Positions 32,342 to 41,593 of a stretch of DNA of 64,000 nucleotides are shown in pieces (the first letter of the stretch is position 1; each line of letters begins with the position of its first letter). Both the position numbers and the translations under genes were made by a program. The DNA is from an uncultured delta proteobacterium. GTDB lineage: Bacteria; Desulfobacterota; Desulfobaccia; Desulfobaccales; 0-14-0-80-60-11. The notes under the pieces are model-generated. The model was not told where the DNA came from and made no database searches. It saw nothing but the letters and a program-made list of their open reading frames with translations. The DNA lies in assembly GCA_963812015.1 (NCBI GenBank), contig CAWETI010000002.1, positions 448,001 through 512,000 on the forward strand. Reading direction: 5' to 3'.

Positions 32342-33175
32342 ACCGGAGTTGATGAGCTGGGAGTTCCTCTGGAGGAACCAGCGATAGTTATCATGATCAT
32401 AAGCCCGGCTCCAACTGGGAAAGGTAATCTATTAACCACTAACCTGCTGACCGATATCGGCGGCAGTACTGATCACCAGCAGCCTTGCTCTTCGGCCTTA
32501 CCAACCCCGGCGAGGGGTGTTGAAGATGATGAGCAGATGCTGGTCTTGAAAATGATTATCCGGTGCCGCCTCTTCGGGGCTGCCAGAAAATCTACAACCT
32601 GGAGGGCTTGAGTTGTGGAGTTGGAGCACGACCACGGCGGCAGTATTGTATGACGCCGACGACTCCACCAAGCCACCAAAGACATGATCACTGGGCTCGG
32701 CTTCTTATAACGCCTGTCTGGAGATCATCCGCCCGGAAAACGGGTATCACGGAACTGGATCACCAACAGGATCGACAATTTCAGATCAGCACTGATTCTG
32801 GAAGAAGCACTGTTGGGGAAAATGTTAATTCCGGCGACCGGCCTCTTTAGACTGGTCCCGGCGGAGGTTGAACGGACAGTGCCCGAATTTTCCCTCCGAA
32901 GACAGACCACAAAAATCCTGGCAACGGGACTGCCACTAGAGCAACACCAGCTCCAGGTGGCAAGATCTCAGTTAAACAGACCGGGGCCGACTTGATGTTG
33001 GTACAAGCCTTGCCGGGCGTGACCGACAAAAAAGAACCCGTTGCCGGTGATGATGTGGTTCATAAATCAAATAAAACAACCGTCATCTGGAAATGACCAG
33101 AAATGATAATCCCAGTTGTACTCCATCTGGCAATATTAAAAGTTGGAAGCTGGCCCGGGCACGAGGAAACTATAG

Positions 33176-33406
33176 ATGGAAGAATATCTCACAGCAAAAG
33201 AATTGAGCAAACGCATAAAGATGGCTGATGGAACTATCCGCAACCTCGTGTGCAAGGGAGTGTTTGTAAAAGGCAAACACTATGTGAAACCGACACCAAG
33301 AAAGTTGTTATTTATTTGGAGTGGAATAGAGGGATGGCTCCATGGCACCAGTGATTGTTGCCCTGAAATGATAGGAGGTAATGGTAATTGTTTGATCAAT
33401 ATATAA
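33176..33406 (+). CDS. Excisionase/AlpA-like HTH protein
   Basis: YLTAKELSKRIKMADGTIRN; directly upstream of integrase. Confidence 0.75.
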   Translation: MEEYLTAKELSKRIKMADGTIRNLVCKGVFVKGKHYVKPTPRKLLFIWSGIEGWLHGTSDCCPEMIGGNGNCLINI

Positions 33407-33503
33407 AGAGCATTCATTTGACATCGGCCACTGTTTCAAGTTACCATGAACGTGGTGACATCCAAACAAAAGGGAGGTGGTTGGAAAGGCGGAGGGCTTG
33501 TTA

Positions 33504-34760
33504 ATGGAACATGCGCAGATCATCGATTTTCCCAAGGGAAAAGCGGATAACCACCAACCGAAAACCCCAGACCGGCTAAATGCCGGGAAAACCGGCAGGG
33601 TGTACAGCCGGGGAGGCAAGCTCTGGGTAGACTTTTATTATCTGGGCGAACGGGTCCGGGAGCGTTCAGGGCTCGATGACACCCGAGCTAATCGGGAATT
33701 CCTCCGGAAGAGGTTGGACCTTATCGTATCCCAGATTGATAATGGGATCTTTGAATTTGGCAAAAGCTTTTCACACAGCAAAAAGGTGGCGCATTTCACC
33801 AGCCTGGAGGGAAGAACCTTCCGGAAGGACCCGAAGGATATCACCTTCAATAAATATGCGGAGCAATGGTGGACAGAGATGCACCCAGGCATGAGCGCCA
33901 GCCAGGCAAGGGACTACACCAGCATTTTGAAGGTCCATCTCATGCCTTACTTCGGGCAGCTGCCCTTCTGCGAGTTCCGGCCAGTGCTCATGAAGAAATT
34001 TCTGGCCCACCTGCAGACAAAAAGGACGCCTGGGGGAAAGCCCTTGTCTGGCAAGCGCATCCACAATATTTTGATTCCCTTGCGGGTGATCTTTACCGAT
34101 GCATGCGGGGAATACGGCTGGAATGATCTGGCGGACCCTTTTGCTGGGCTCAAGTTACCCAACGTCAAGAAAATTCGCATTCACCCTTTCACCATCGAGG
34201 AGTGGGCTATCCTGATGGAGTTCATCCCGGCGTGGTACAGGCCGTACTTCGAACTGGCGGTGCTGACGGGAATGAGGCCGTCGGAGCAGGTGGCATTAAA
34301 ATGGTCAGCGGTTGACGATCAGTTTATCCACATCGAATTAAGCCGTGTAAGAAACCAGGAAAAGGCTGAGCTGAAAACAGCCGCCAGCAATCGCCGGATT
34401 GAAATCCGGCCATCCATGAAGAAGATCCTGGAGCAGCAAAAAAAGCAAACCGAGGGATTTCAAACTCCCTATGTCTTTATCAATACCGCAGGAAGGCCGA
34501 TCCTCCAGGACAAACTGCGGGAACTGTGGAGACGGACTGTCAGAAGGAGCCAACTGCTTTACCGGAGGATGTATGAGACCCGCCATACCTTTGCTTCCTG
34601 GGCATTGGCGGCGGGGGAGTCCCCGGAGTGGGTGGCCAGGACCCTGGGACACGTAAATACTTCAATGGTCTATAATACCTACGGGCGCTACATCCCCAAC
34701 CTGACCAGACAGGACGGCTCGGCTATCGAAGGTTTATGGGCTGGGGCGAGAGGAGAATAA
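33504..34760 (+). CDS. Tyrosine site-specific integrase with arm-binding domain
   Basis: LTGMRPSE, YETRHTFAS, LGH, YGRY; adjacent to tRNA 3' end. Confidence 0.93.
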   Translation: MEHAQIIDFPKGKADNHQPKTPDRLNAGKTGRVYSRGGKLWVDFYYLGERVRERSGLDDTRANREFLRKRLDLIVSQIDNGIFEFGKSFSHSKKVAHFTSLEGRTFRKDPKDITFNKYAEQWWTEMHPGMSASQARDYTSILKVHLMPYFGQLPFCEFRPVLMKKFLAHLQTKRTPGGKPLSGKRIHNILIPLRVIFTDACGEYGWNDLADPFAGLKLPNVKKIRIHPFTIEEWAILMEFIPAWYRPYFELAVLTGMRPSEQVALKWSAVDDQFIHIELSRVRNQEKAELKTAASNRRIEIRPSMKKILEQQKKQTEGFQTPYVFINTAGRPILQDKLRELWRRTVRRSQLLYRRMYETRHTFASWALAAGESPEWVARTLGHVNTSMVYNTYGRYIPNLTRQDGSAIEGLWAGARGE

Positions 34761-34771
34761 GTCAACCTGGA

Positions 34772-34793
34772 TAGGCACAATTTTAGGCACAAT
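34772..34793. repeat. Tandem 10-bp direct repeat, probable integrase arm-type sites
   Basis: TAGGCACAAT-tt-TAGGCACAAT between int stop and tRNA. Confidence 0.6.
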
Positions 34794-34850
34794 GACCAAA
34801 ATCCGGGTCACTCTAATGAGATAACTACTTTAAATATCTAACTAATTAAT

Positions 34851-34927
34851 TGGTCGGGGCGGCGGGATTTGAACCCGCGGCCTCTTGGTCCCAAACCAAG
34901 CGCGCTACCAGGTTGCGCCACGCCCCG
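34851..34927 (-). tRNA. tRNA-Pro(TGG)
   Basis: CGGGGCG acceptor stem, anticodon arm CTTGG-TTTGGGA-CCAAG, GGTTCAAATCC T-arm, CCA end. Confidence 0.97.
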
Positions 34928-34992
34928 ATGAGGCAGGATGATCGTGCCAACATAATCCGAAAATAAACGTCGGACGCCCCTTTGGGTATACC

Positions 34993-35619
34993 TCAGGAGA
35001 GTTCTTCCGGCAAGGCGGCCAACAGGTTCTTGAAGGCCGCCAGGGCCCGGGCCCGGTGGCTGATCCGGTTCTTGATCTCCGGCCCCAGTTGGGCCATGGT
35101 GGCGCCATACTCCGGCACCCAGAAGACCGGGTCGTAGCCGAAGCCTGTTTCGCCCCGGGGTTCCAAGGCGATACTCCCTGGGCACTCGCCCCGGGCCCGG
35201 AAGAGCCGCCCGTCGGGCAGGGCCAGGGCGATCTCGCAGACGAAGCGGGCGCGCCGCTCACTCCAGGGGACGTCTTTGAGCTCCTCCAGGAGTTTGCCCC
35301 AGTTGTCGGCATCAGTGGGGGTAGCGGGGGAGGTCCGGTCCAGGGCATAGCGGGCCGAGAAGACCCCCGGGGCGCCCCCCAGGGCGTCCACCACCAGACC
35401 GGAGTCGTCGGCCAGGGCGGCGACTCCGGTGAGCCGGGCCACCGCCAGGGCCTTGGCCGCGGCGTTCTCGGCAAAGGTGGCGCCATCTTCCGGGATCTCG
35501 GGGAGGTGGGGATAATCGGCCAGGCTCAGGAGAACGACCCCGGAGTCTTCGAGGAGCGCCTGAAGCTCCCGGACCTTGCCGGGATTGCGGGTGGCCATCA
35601 CCAGGGTAAGGGGAGCCAC
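34993..35619 (-). CDS. rdgB: XTP/dITP diphosphatase
   Basis: ATRNPGK, ADDSGL, GFGYDPVF, KNRISHR; downstream of rph. Confidence 0.95.
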   Translation of the reverse strand: MAPLTLVMATRNPGKVRELQALLEDSGVVLLSLADYPHLPEIPEDGATFAENAAAKALAVARLTGVAALADDSGLVVDALGGAPGVFSARYALDRTSPATPTDADNWGKLLEELKDVPWSERRARFVCEIALALPDGRLFRARGECPGSIALEPRGETGFGYDPVFWVPEYGATMAQLGPEIKNRISHRARALAAFKNLLAALPEELS

Positions 35620-36335
35620 GGCGCCAACACCTCTGCCTGAATTCGGGTGAGCTCGCTGATCCCCACCTGGGCCAGCTCCAGCATGCGGGGAAGCTGGGCG
35701 GCGGGGAAGGGCCCACCCTCCCCGGTTAACTGCACCTCCACCAGGTCGCCCTGGCCGGTGGCCACGAAATTAGCGTCCACCTGGGCGTGGGAGTCCTCGT
35801 CGTAATCGAGGTCCAGGAGCAGCCGCTCCCCTAAAAGCCCGACGCTCACCGCGGCCACCTGGTCCCGGACCGGAGAGTCCTCCACCACCCCCCGGCGCCG
35901 GAGCTTCTCCAGGGCTAGGCACAGGGCCACGAAGGCGCCGGTGATGCTGGCGGTGCGGGTGCCGCCGTCGGCCTGGATGACGTCGCAGTCGACGATGACG
36001 GTGCGGGGGCCCAGGGCGACAAGGTCCACCACCGCCCGGAGGGACCGGCCGATGAGGCGCTGAATCTCCAGGGTGCGGCCCCCCACCCGGCCCTTGAGGG
36101 ACTCCCGGTCACCCCGGGGATGGGTGGCTCGGGGCAGCATGGCGTATTCGCCGGTGACCCAGCCGCCCCCGGAAGCAAGGCGGAAGGGCGGCACCACCTC
36201 GCTCACGGTGGCGGCGCAGATGACCCGGGTGCGCCCCCAAGTGATGAGGCAGGAGCCTTCGGCGAAATCCAGATAACCCGGGGTGATGGCTATCTGCCGC
36301 AGTTGATTGAAGTCGCGAGTTTGGGGGCGCCGCAT
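35598..36335 (-). CDS. rph: Ribonuclease PH
   Basis: EYAMLPRAT, EIQRLIGRSLR, QADGGTRTASITG. Confidence 0.96.
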   Translation of the reverse strand: MRRPQTRDFNQLRQIAITPGYLDFAEGSCLITWGRTRVICAATVSEVVPPFRLASGGGWVTGEYAMLPRATHPRGDRESLKGRVGGRTLEIQRLIGRSLRAVVDLVALGPRTVIVDCDVIQADGGTRTASITGAFVALCLALEKLRRRGVVEDSPVRDQVAAVSVGLLGERLLLDLDYDEDSHAQVDANFVATGQGDLVEVQLTGEGGPFPAAQLPRMLELAQVGISELTRIQAEVLAPWLPLPW

Positions 36336-36346
36336 GGTTCCGGGAT

Positions 36347-36520
36347 TTAGGCCTTAAGAGATTGGCGCAAGGTGTCGATGACCTGGTTAAAGGTGTCGGT
36401 AAAGGACGCCGGGGAGACGCGCCCCACTTCGATGAACTTGACCACGATCTCCTTGGCCACCTTAAGGAGGAGTTCTTCCCGGGGGGTCAGGGGTGGCGGG
36501 GATTCTTTGTCCCGGGCCAT
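36347..36520 (-). CDS. Small conserved-looking hypothetical protein (57 aa, not in ORF track)
   Basis: MARDKESPPPLTPREELLLKVAKEIVVKFIEVGRVSPASFTDTFNQVIDTLRQSLKA; GGAG SD; co-oriented with rph. Confidence 0.7.
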   Translation of the reverse strand: MARDKESPPPLTPREELLLKVAKEIVVKFIEVGRVSPASFTDTFNQVIDTLRQSLKA

Positions 36521-36760
36521 GAGTACGGCTCCCTGTGCAGGCGTTTTTTTGGTATAGTGAGTTAGTGAGCAGTAAGCCCTTGGCCGCGGGATCCTCGACG
36601 GCCCATGTGACCACTGCCTCCCTAACCGCTAACTGAAAAATTTCCCCGCCGGCCAGAAGAAGGCCAGTTCAAATGGCCGACGGGCGGGTAAGAAGAACCG
36701 GAACAGCCCTCCTTAAGGCACATGATAAACCAGGGGCACCCGCAAGGCAAGGGGGAATCC

Positions 36761-38509
36761 GTGAGCCGCATCCGCATTCTGGACGCCCAGGTGGCGGCAA
36801 GAATCGCCGCCGGGGAGGTCATCATCCGCCCCGCCGCGGCGGTCAAGGAGCTGGTGGAAAACGCCCTGGACGCCGGGGCCCGCACCATCGCGGTGGCGGT
36901 GGAGGATGGGGGGCGTAAGCTCATCCGGGTGGTGGACGACGGCGGCGGCATGAGCCCCGAAGAAGTGCCCCTGAGCCTGCTGCGCCACGCCACCAGCAAG
37001 CTGAGTGCGGAAACCGACCTGTTGGGCATCACCACCCTGGGGTTTAGGGGCGAGGCCCTGCCGTCCATCGCGGCAGTGAGCCGCCTCACCCTCATCAGCT
37101 GCCCCCCGGGGGCGTCGGGCGGGTTCCGTCTGGTGGCCCAGGCCGGCGAGATCCTTTCAGCTTCCCCCTGGGCCGCGGCGGCGGGCACCCAGGTGGAGGT
37201 GGCGGACCTCTTTTTCAACACCCCGGTCCGGCAGAAATTCCTCAAGAGCAAGGAAGCGGAGCAGGCCCAGATCCTGGAGGTGCTCCGCCACCTGGCCCTG
37301 GGCTACCCGGGGGTCCACTTCACCCTGAGCACCCCGGCCCGGACCTTGCTTAAGGCCCCGGCCGCGGCGAACCTCATGGAGCGGGTGGCGGCGGTCTTCA
37401 GCCCGGAGCTGGCGGCCCACATGCTTCCCCTGTCCCTGGCCCAGGGGGCCTGGCAGGTGACCGGCCTGGTGACCGAGCCGGATTTCACCCTGGCCACCAC
37501 CCGTTTTCAGGTCTTCCTGGTGAACGGCCGGGTGGTGGCCGACCGCATCCTGGGGGGGGTCTTGCGGGAGGTCTACGCCGGGCTTTTGCCCCGGGGCCGG
37601 CACCCGGCGGCGGTGGTGAATCTGACGCTTCCCCCCGAGGCCGTGGATGTCAACGTCCATCCCGCCAAAACCGAGATTCGTTTTCACGAGCGGGGCCGGG
37701 TCTACCCCCTGTTGTTGAGCGCTCTGCGCCAGGGCCTGGGCCCCCTGTATGGGGAGCGCCCCCGGCCCGGGGTGAGCTGGCAGCCGGAGGCGGCCCCCCG
37801 GGTAGCCGAAAGCCCCCTCCCCGACCTGTGGTCCTCCAGGGGAACGGCGCCGGCGGGGGCGGGGCCAACGGTCTTCTTCGGAGGCGAACCGGCGACGATG
37901 CCGACTCCCGGGGCGCACCCCGGTCCCCGGAGCTGGCGGTTCCAAGACCTCACCGTCTTGGGCACCCTGGCCCAGACCTACATCCTGGCCCAGGGGCCCG
38001 ACGGCCTCATCCTCATCGACCAGCACGCGGCCCATGAACGCGTTCTCTACGAGGCCCTCAAGGCCAAAGGGCCGGCCGCGGCGGCCCAGACCCTGCTCTT
38101 TCCCCGGGTGGTGGAAGTGAACCCGGCCCAGGCGGATTGGGTCAACGAACACCTGGACCTCCTGGCCCAGGCGGGCCTGAAGCTCGAGCCCTTCGGAGGG
38201 GCGAGCTTTCTCATCACCGCGGTGCCGGCCTGTCTGGCGGGGGCCGACCTGGAGGCGGTGGTGGCTGAGGCGGTGGAGGCCCTGGCGCCGTGCAAAAGTT
38301 TCACCCATCCCCAGGAGGTGAGGGAGCAGGCCCTCCAGTTCATGGCCTGCCGGGGGGCGGTCAAGGCCGGGGAGACCCTGGCCCCGGAGGCCATCGCCGC
38401 CCTGCTGGTCCAGTTGGATGAGATTCCGGTCTCCTCCCACTGCCCCCATGGGCGGCCCCTCTGGCGCCTCATGAGCTACCACGATATCCGGCAGAGCTTT
38501 CGCCGATAA
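36761..38509 (+). CDS. mutL: DNA mismatch repair protein MutL
   Basis: IAAGEVI, KELVENALDAG, GFRGEAL, DQHAAHER, CPHGRP. Confidence 0.96.
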   Translation: MSRIRILDAQVAARIAAGEVIIRPAAAVKELVENALDAGARTIAVAVEDGGRKLIRVVDDGGGMSPEEVPLSLLRHATSKLSAETDLLGITTLGFRGEALPSIAAVSRLTLISCPPGASGGFRLVAQAGEILSASPWAAAAGTQVEVADLFFNTPVRQKFLKSKEAEQAQILEVLRHLALGYPGVHFTLSTPARTLLKAPAAANLMERVAAVFSPELAAHMLPLSLAQGAWQVTGLVTEPDFTLATTRFQVFLVNGRVVADRILGGVLREVYAGLLPRGRHPAAVVNLTLPPEAVDVNVHPAKTEIRFHERGRVYPLLLSALRQGLGPLYGERPRPGVSWQPEAAPRVAESPLPDLWSSRGTAPAGAGPTVFFGGEPATMPTPGAHPGPRSWRFQDLTVLGTLAQTYILAQGPDGLILIDQHAAHERVLYEALKAKGPAAAAQTLLFPRVVEVNPAQADWVNEHLDLLAQAGLKLEPFGGASFLITAVPACLAGADLEAVVAEAVEALAPCKSFTHPQEVREQALQFMACRGAVKAGETLAPEAIAALLVQLDEIPVSSHCPHGRPLWRLMSYHDIRQSFRR

Positions 38510-38656
38510 CAGATTGGGGTAAAAAGGGAAAAAGGGAAAAAAAATGAAAGAAGGTTTCCGGTTCCTGCCTTTTCTTTCCTTTTCGCCGCTTCGCCTTTTC
38601 GCCTTTTCCCCCAAGGAGTATGGCCAGGAGGAGGCTCGGGCCGCTTACATGGTTGA

Positions 38657-39595
38657 ATGGAACTAACCCCTCCCCAATCCGGCCAAAAGCCCCGGGTGGC
38701 GGCCCTGGTGGGCCCCACCGCGGTGGGCAAGACTGCGGTGGCCCTGGAACTGGCGGCGCGCCTGGGCGCCGAGATCGTCAATGCCGACTCCCTCCAGGTC
38801 TACCGGGAACTGGAGATCGGCACCGCCAAGCCCACCCCGGCGGAGCGGGCCCAGGTCACCCACCACCTCATCGACGTGGTGGCCCCCCCGGAGCCTTATG
38901 ACGCGGCCCGCTACTGCCAGGAAGGGCGACAAATCCTGGGCGATCTCCACCGCCGGGGGGTGCCGCCCCTGGTGGTGGGGGGCACCGGCCTCTACCTCAA
39001 GGCCCTGCTTTCGGGCCTGTTTGCCGAGGGCGAACCACCGGCGGGGGTCAGGGACCGGCTGCGCCGGGAGTTGGGGGTCCTGGGGCTGCCCGCCCTTTAT
39101 CAGCGCCTCCTCCACCTGGACCCGGCCACCGCCGCCCGGCTCCATCCCCACGATACCTACCGGATTATCCGGGCCCTGGAGGTGCTGGAGGCCACCGGCC
39201 GGCCGCTGTCGGAATTCATCGCGGCCCACCGTTTTGCCGACGCCCCCTTCACGGTGCTGAAGCTGGGTCTGGCTCTGCCCCGGGAGGAACTCAACCGGCG
39301 CATCGAGCTCCGGGTGGAGGTCATGCTGGCCCAAGGGTGGCTGGAGGAAGTGGCAGGGCTGCTGAGCCGCTACCCTCCGGACTTGAAACCTTTGCAGGCC
39401 CTGGGCTACCGCCACCTCATCAACCACCTCACCGGGCGCTGGAGTTTGGAGGAGGCCCTAACCCTGCTTACCCGGGACACCCGGCGCTACGCCAAGCGCC
39501 AGCTCACCTGGTTTTCGTCCGATCCGGAGATTCGGTGGTTTCACCCTGACCAGATCGAGGCGATGGCCGCGGTGCTGGCCGAGTTTTTCGGGTAA
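38657..39595 (+). CDS. miaA: tRNA dimethylallyltransferase
   Basis: GPTAVGKT, DSLQVY, GGTGLY, YAKRQLTWF. Confidence 0.96.
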   Translation: MELTPPQSGQKPRVAALVGPTAVGKTAVALELAARLGAEIVNADSLQVYRELEIGTAKPTPAERAQVTHHLIDVVAPPEPYDAARYCQEGRQILGDLHRRGVPPLVVGGTGLYLKALLSGLFAEGEPPAGVRDRLRRELGVLGLPALYQRLLHLDPATAARLHPHDTYRIIRALEVLEATGRPLSEFIAAHRFADAPFTVLKLGLALPREELNRRIELRVEVMLAQGWLEEVAGLLSRYPPDLKPLQALGYRHLINHLTGRWSLEEALTLLTRDTRRYAKRQLTWFSSDPEIRWFHPDQIEAMAAVLAEFFG

Positions 39596-39742
39596 TTCTG
39601 GTAAAAGGTGAAAGGCCGGGATTATCTCGTCGCCCATGGGGACATCCTCCTGTTTCACTTCCAGCGCTGAAATCCCTTCGTCCTGAGCATTGCTTTTAAT
39701 GCAACTTTGTGATAAAAGAATAACGGAAGGAGGTGGATAAGA

Positions 39743-40243
39743 ATGTTCGAAGTTGGCCAGTTGGCCGTGTACCCGGCCCACGGGGTTGGGGTGATCGAAT
39801 CGGTCCAAGAACGCGCCGTCTCATCGGGCAATCAGGAGCAATTCTACATCATGCGCCTCCTGGATAGTGATATGATTATCATGATCCCCATCGGCAATGC
39901 CCGGAACATCGGACTCCGAGACATTATCGACCTCCAGGCGGTCACTGAAGTCTACGAAATCCTGAGACACCGACCCTCCCGCCTGAACAACCAGACCTGG
40001 AATCGCCGATACCGGGACTACATGGATAAGATTAAGACCGGCTCCCCGTTCCGGGTGGCGGAAGTTCTGCGGGATCTGACCCTCCTCAAAACGGAAAAGG
40101 ATCTCTCCTTTGGCGAGCGCAAGATGTTGGATACCGCCAAGAACCTCCTGGTTAAGGAACTTTCCCTGGTTAACAACATTAATGCAGACGAAATTGAGGC
40201 AGAACTCCTGGCGTTATTAGAAGCCACCGAAGTCACCGAGTGA
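39743..40243 (+). CDS. carD: CarD family transcriptional regulator
   Basis: VYPAHGVG, WNRRYR, LSFGERKML. Confidence 0.93.
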   Translation: MFEVGQLAVYPAHGVGVIESVQERAVSSGNQEQFYIMRLLDSDMIIMIPIGNARNIGLRDIIDLQAVTEVYEILRHRPSRLNNQTWNRRYRDYMDKIKTGSPFRVAEVLRDLTLLKTEKDLSFGERKMLDTAKNLLVKELSLVNNINADEIEAELLALLEATEVTE

Positions 40244-40432
40244 TTTACCTTTTGGAGTATCTCGACTACCAAAGATTGCACCGCCACACCCGTACCTTTA
40301 CTGATGTAACCACGGCAAGGAGTGCCGGGACCATGCTTTCTTACCGACGTCGGCTGCGACCCCTCACGGTGGCGACGTCGGGGGTCTTTCGTCCCGCCTT
40401 TAATTTTTCCTGAGAAAGGAGGTGGAAACTCG

Positions 40433-41458
40433 GTGCTACAAAAGATAGTCACCGGGGCCATCCTAGGGACTATTTGTGCGATCAGCGGGTATCTCATTGC
40501 CTCGCAGATTCCCCAATTAGAGCACCTGTGGTGGGCTGGTTATGCCGGCGTGGCCGCGGGTTTGGCGATGGCCTGCCTGACCCTGGGGCTGGAGCAGGTC
40601 ATCAAGCGCATCCCCTTGAAAACCATCCTGGGCAGCACCCTGGGTCTGTTCGTCGGCCTGGGGATCGGCAAGCTGGCCAGCTACCCCTTTGATAAATACC
40701 TGGAACTCCCCAACCTGCAAATTCCCTTATATATCTTTTTTTCAGCAATTTTCGGTTATATCGGCCTGGTGTTGGGGGGCAAGAAGATGTCCGAGGTCAG
40801 TACTCCCTATTTCCTGGAGCCCGCCGGCAAGGCGCCGCGCCATCTAGTGAAAATCCTGGATACCAGCGTCATCATCGACGGCCGCATTGCGGATATCGCC
40901 GAAACCGGGTTCGTGGAAGGCACCCTCATCGTCCCGAAATTTGTTTTGGAAGAACTGCAATATGTGGCCGATTCCTCCGACGATCTCAGGCGGACCCGAG
41001 GCCGCCGGGGTCTGGATATCCTCAAACGGCTCCAGCAGCAGAATCCCTTGCGGGTGGAGTTCATCGATGACGATATCCCCGGGGCCGCCGGGGTGGACTC
41101 CAAACTGGTGGCCCTGGCTTTGAAGTTGAGGGCCAAGGTCGTGACCAATGATTTCAACCTGCACAAGGTGGCGGAACTGCAGGGGATCGAGGTCCTGAAC
41201 ATCAACCAGCTGGCCAACGCCATGAAGCCCGCGGTCCTGCCCGGCGAGAGCCTGCACGTTCAGATCCTCCGGGAGGGCAAATCCCAGGGCCAGGGGATCG
41301 CCTATCTCGACGACGGCACCATGGTGGTGATCGAAAATGCCCGGCGGTTCATCGGCCGGGAAGTGGAGGTGGCCGTCACCAGCGTCCTGCAGACCACCGC
41401 CGGGCGCATGATCTTCAGCGAAATCAAGAATGGCGGCGGCGCCATCCGGAAAGTATAA
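40433..41458 (+). CDS. PIN/TRAM-domain membrane protein (YacL/Rae1-region type)
   Basis: N-terminal TMs, ILDTSVIIDGRI, TNDFNL, YLDDGTMVV. Confidence 0.9.
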   Translation: MLQKIVTGAILGTICAISGYLIASQIPQLEHLWWAGYAGVAAGLAMACLTLGLEQVIKRIPLKTILGSTLGLFVGLGIGKLASYPFDKYLELPNLQIPLYIFFSAIFGYIGLVLGGKKMSEVSTPYFLEPAGKAPRHLVKILDTSVIIDGRIADIAETGFVEGTLIVPKFVLEELQYVADSSDDLRRTRGRRGLDILKRLQQQNPLRVEFIDDDIPGAAGVDSKLVALALKLRAKVVTNDFNLHKVAELQGIEVLNINQLANAMKPAVLPGESLHVQILREGKSQGQGIAYLDDGTMVVIENARRFIGREVEVAVTSVLQTTAGRMIFSEIKNGGGAIRKV

Positions 41459-41561
41459 TTTTGGGAGAGGGGGCCAGGGGCTTTTTCATAAGGGCCCCGG
41501 CCCCCTCTGCCAAACCCTCTCCCCCAACCCCTTAAGTAATGTAGGGCGGGCACTGCCCGCC
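41459..41561 (+). repeat. REP-like palindromic repeat
   Basis: Purine/pyrimidine hairpin plus gtagggcgggcactgcccgcc; reverse-complement similar to 43545-43651. Confidence 0.7.
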
Positions 41562-41593
41562 GTACCAGGGGCGCCATGGCACCGTGGTAACTC

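Larger units (their letters stand above)
20800..34850. mobile_element. tRNA-Pro-integrated element / genomic island (left boundary uncertain, may extend further left)
   Basis: Integrase and xis abut the tRNA 3' end; cargo of RT, type I R-M, ssb and small ORFs. Confidence 0.7.

Noticed and set aside
32349..32400. Hammerhead ribozyme (also 21089 and 21160)
   Set aside because: TGATGA plus a stem is present, but the core deviates (no C3, GATA instead of GAAA) and there is no stem III/UH site.
30900..32500. Complete canonical group II intron
   Set aside because: No recognisable DV/DVI after the ORF, and the upstream segment seems too short for DI-DIII.
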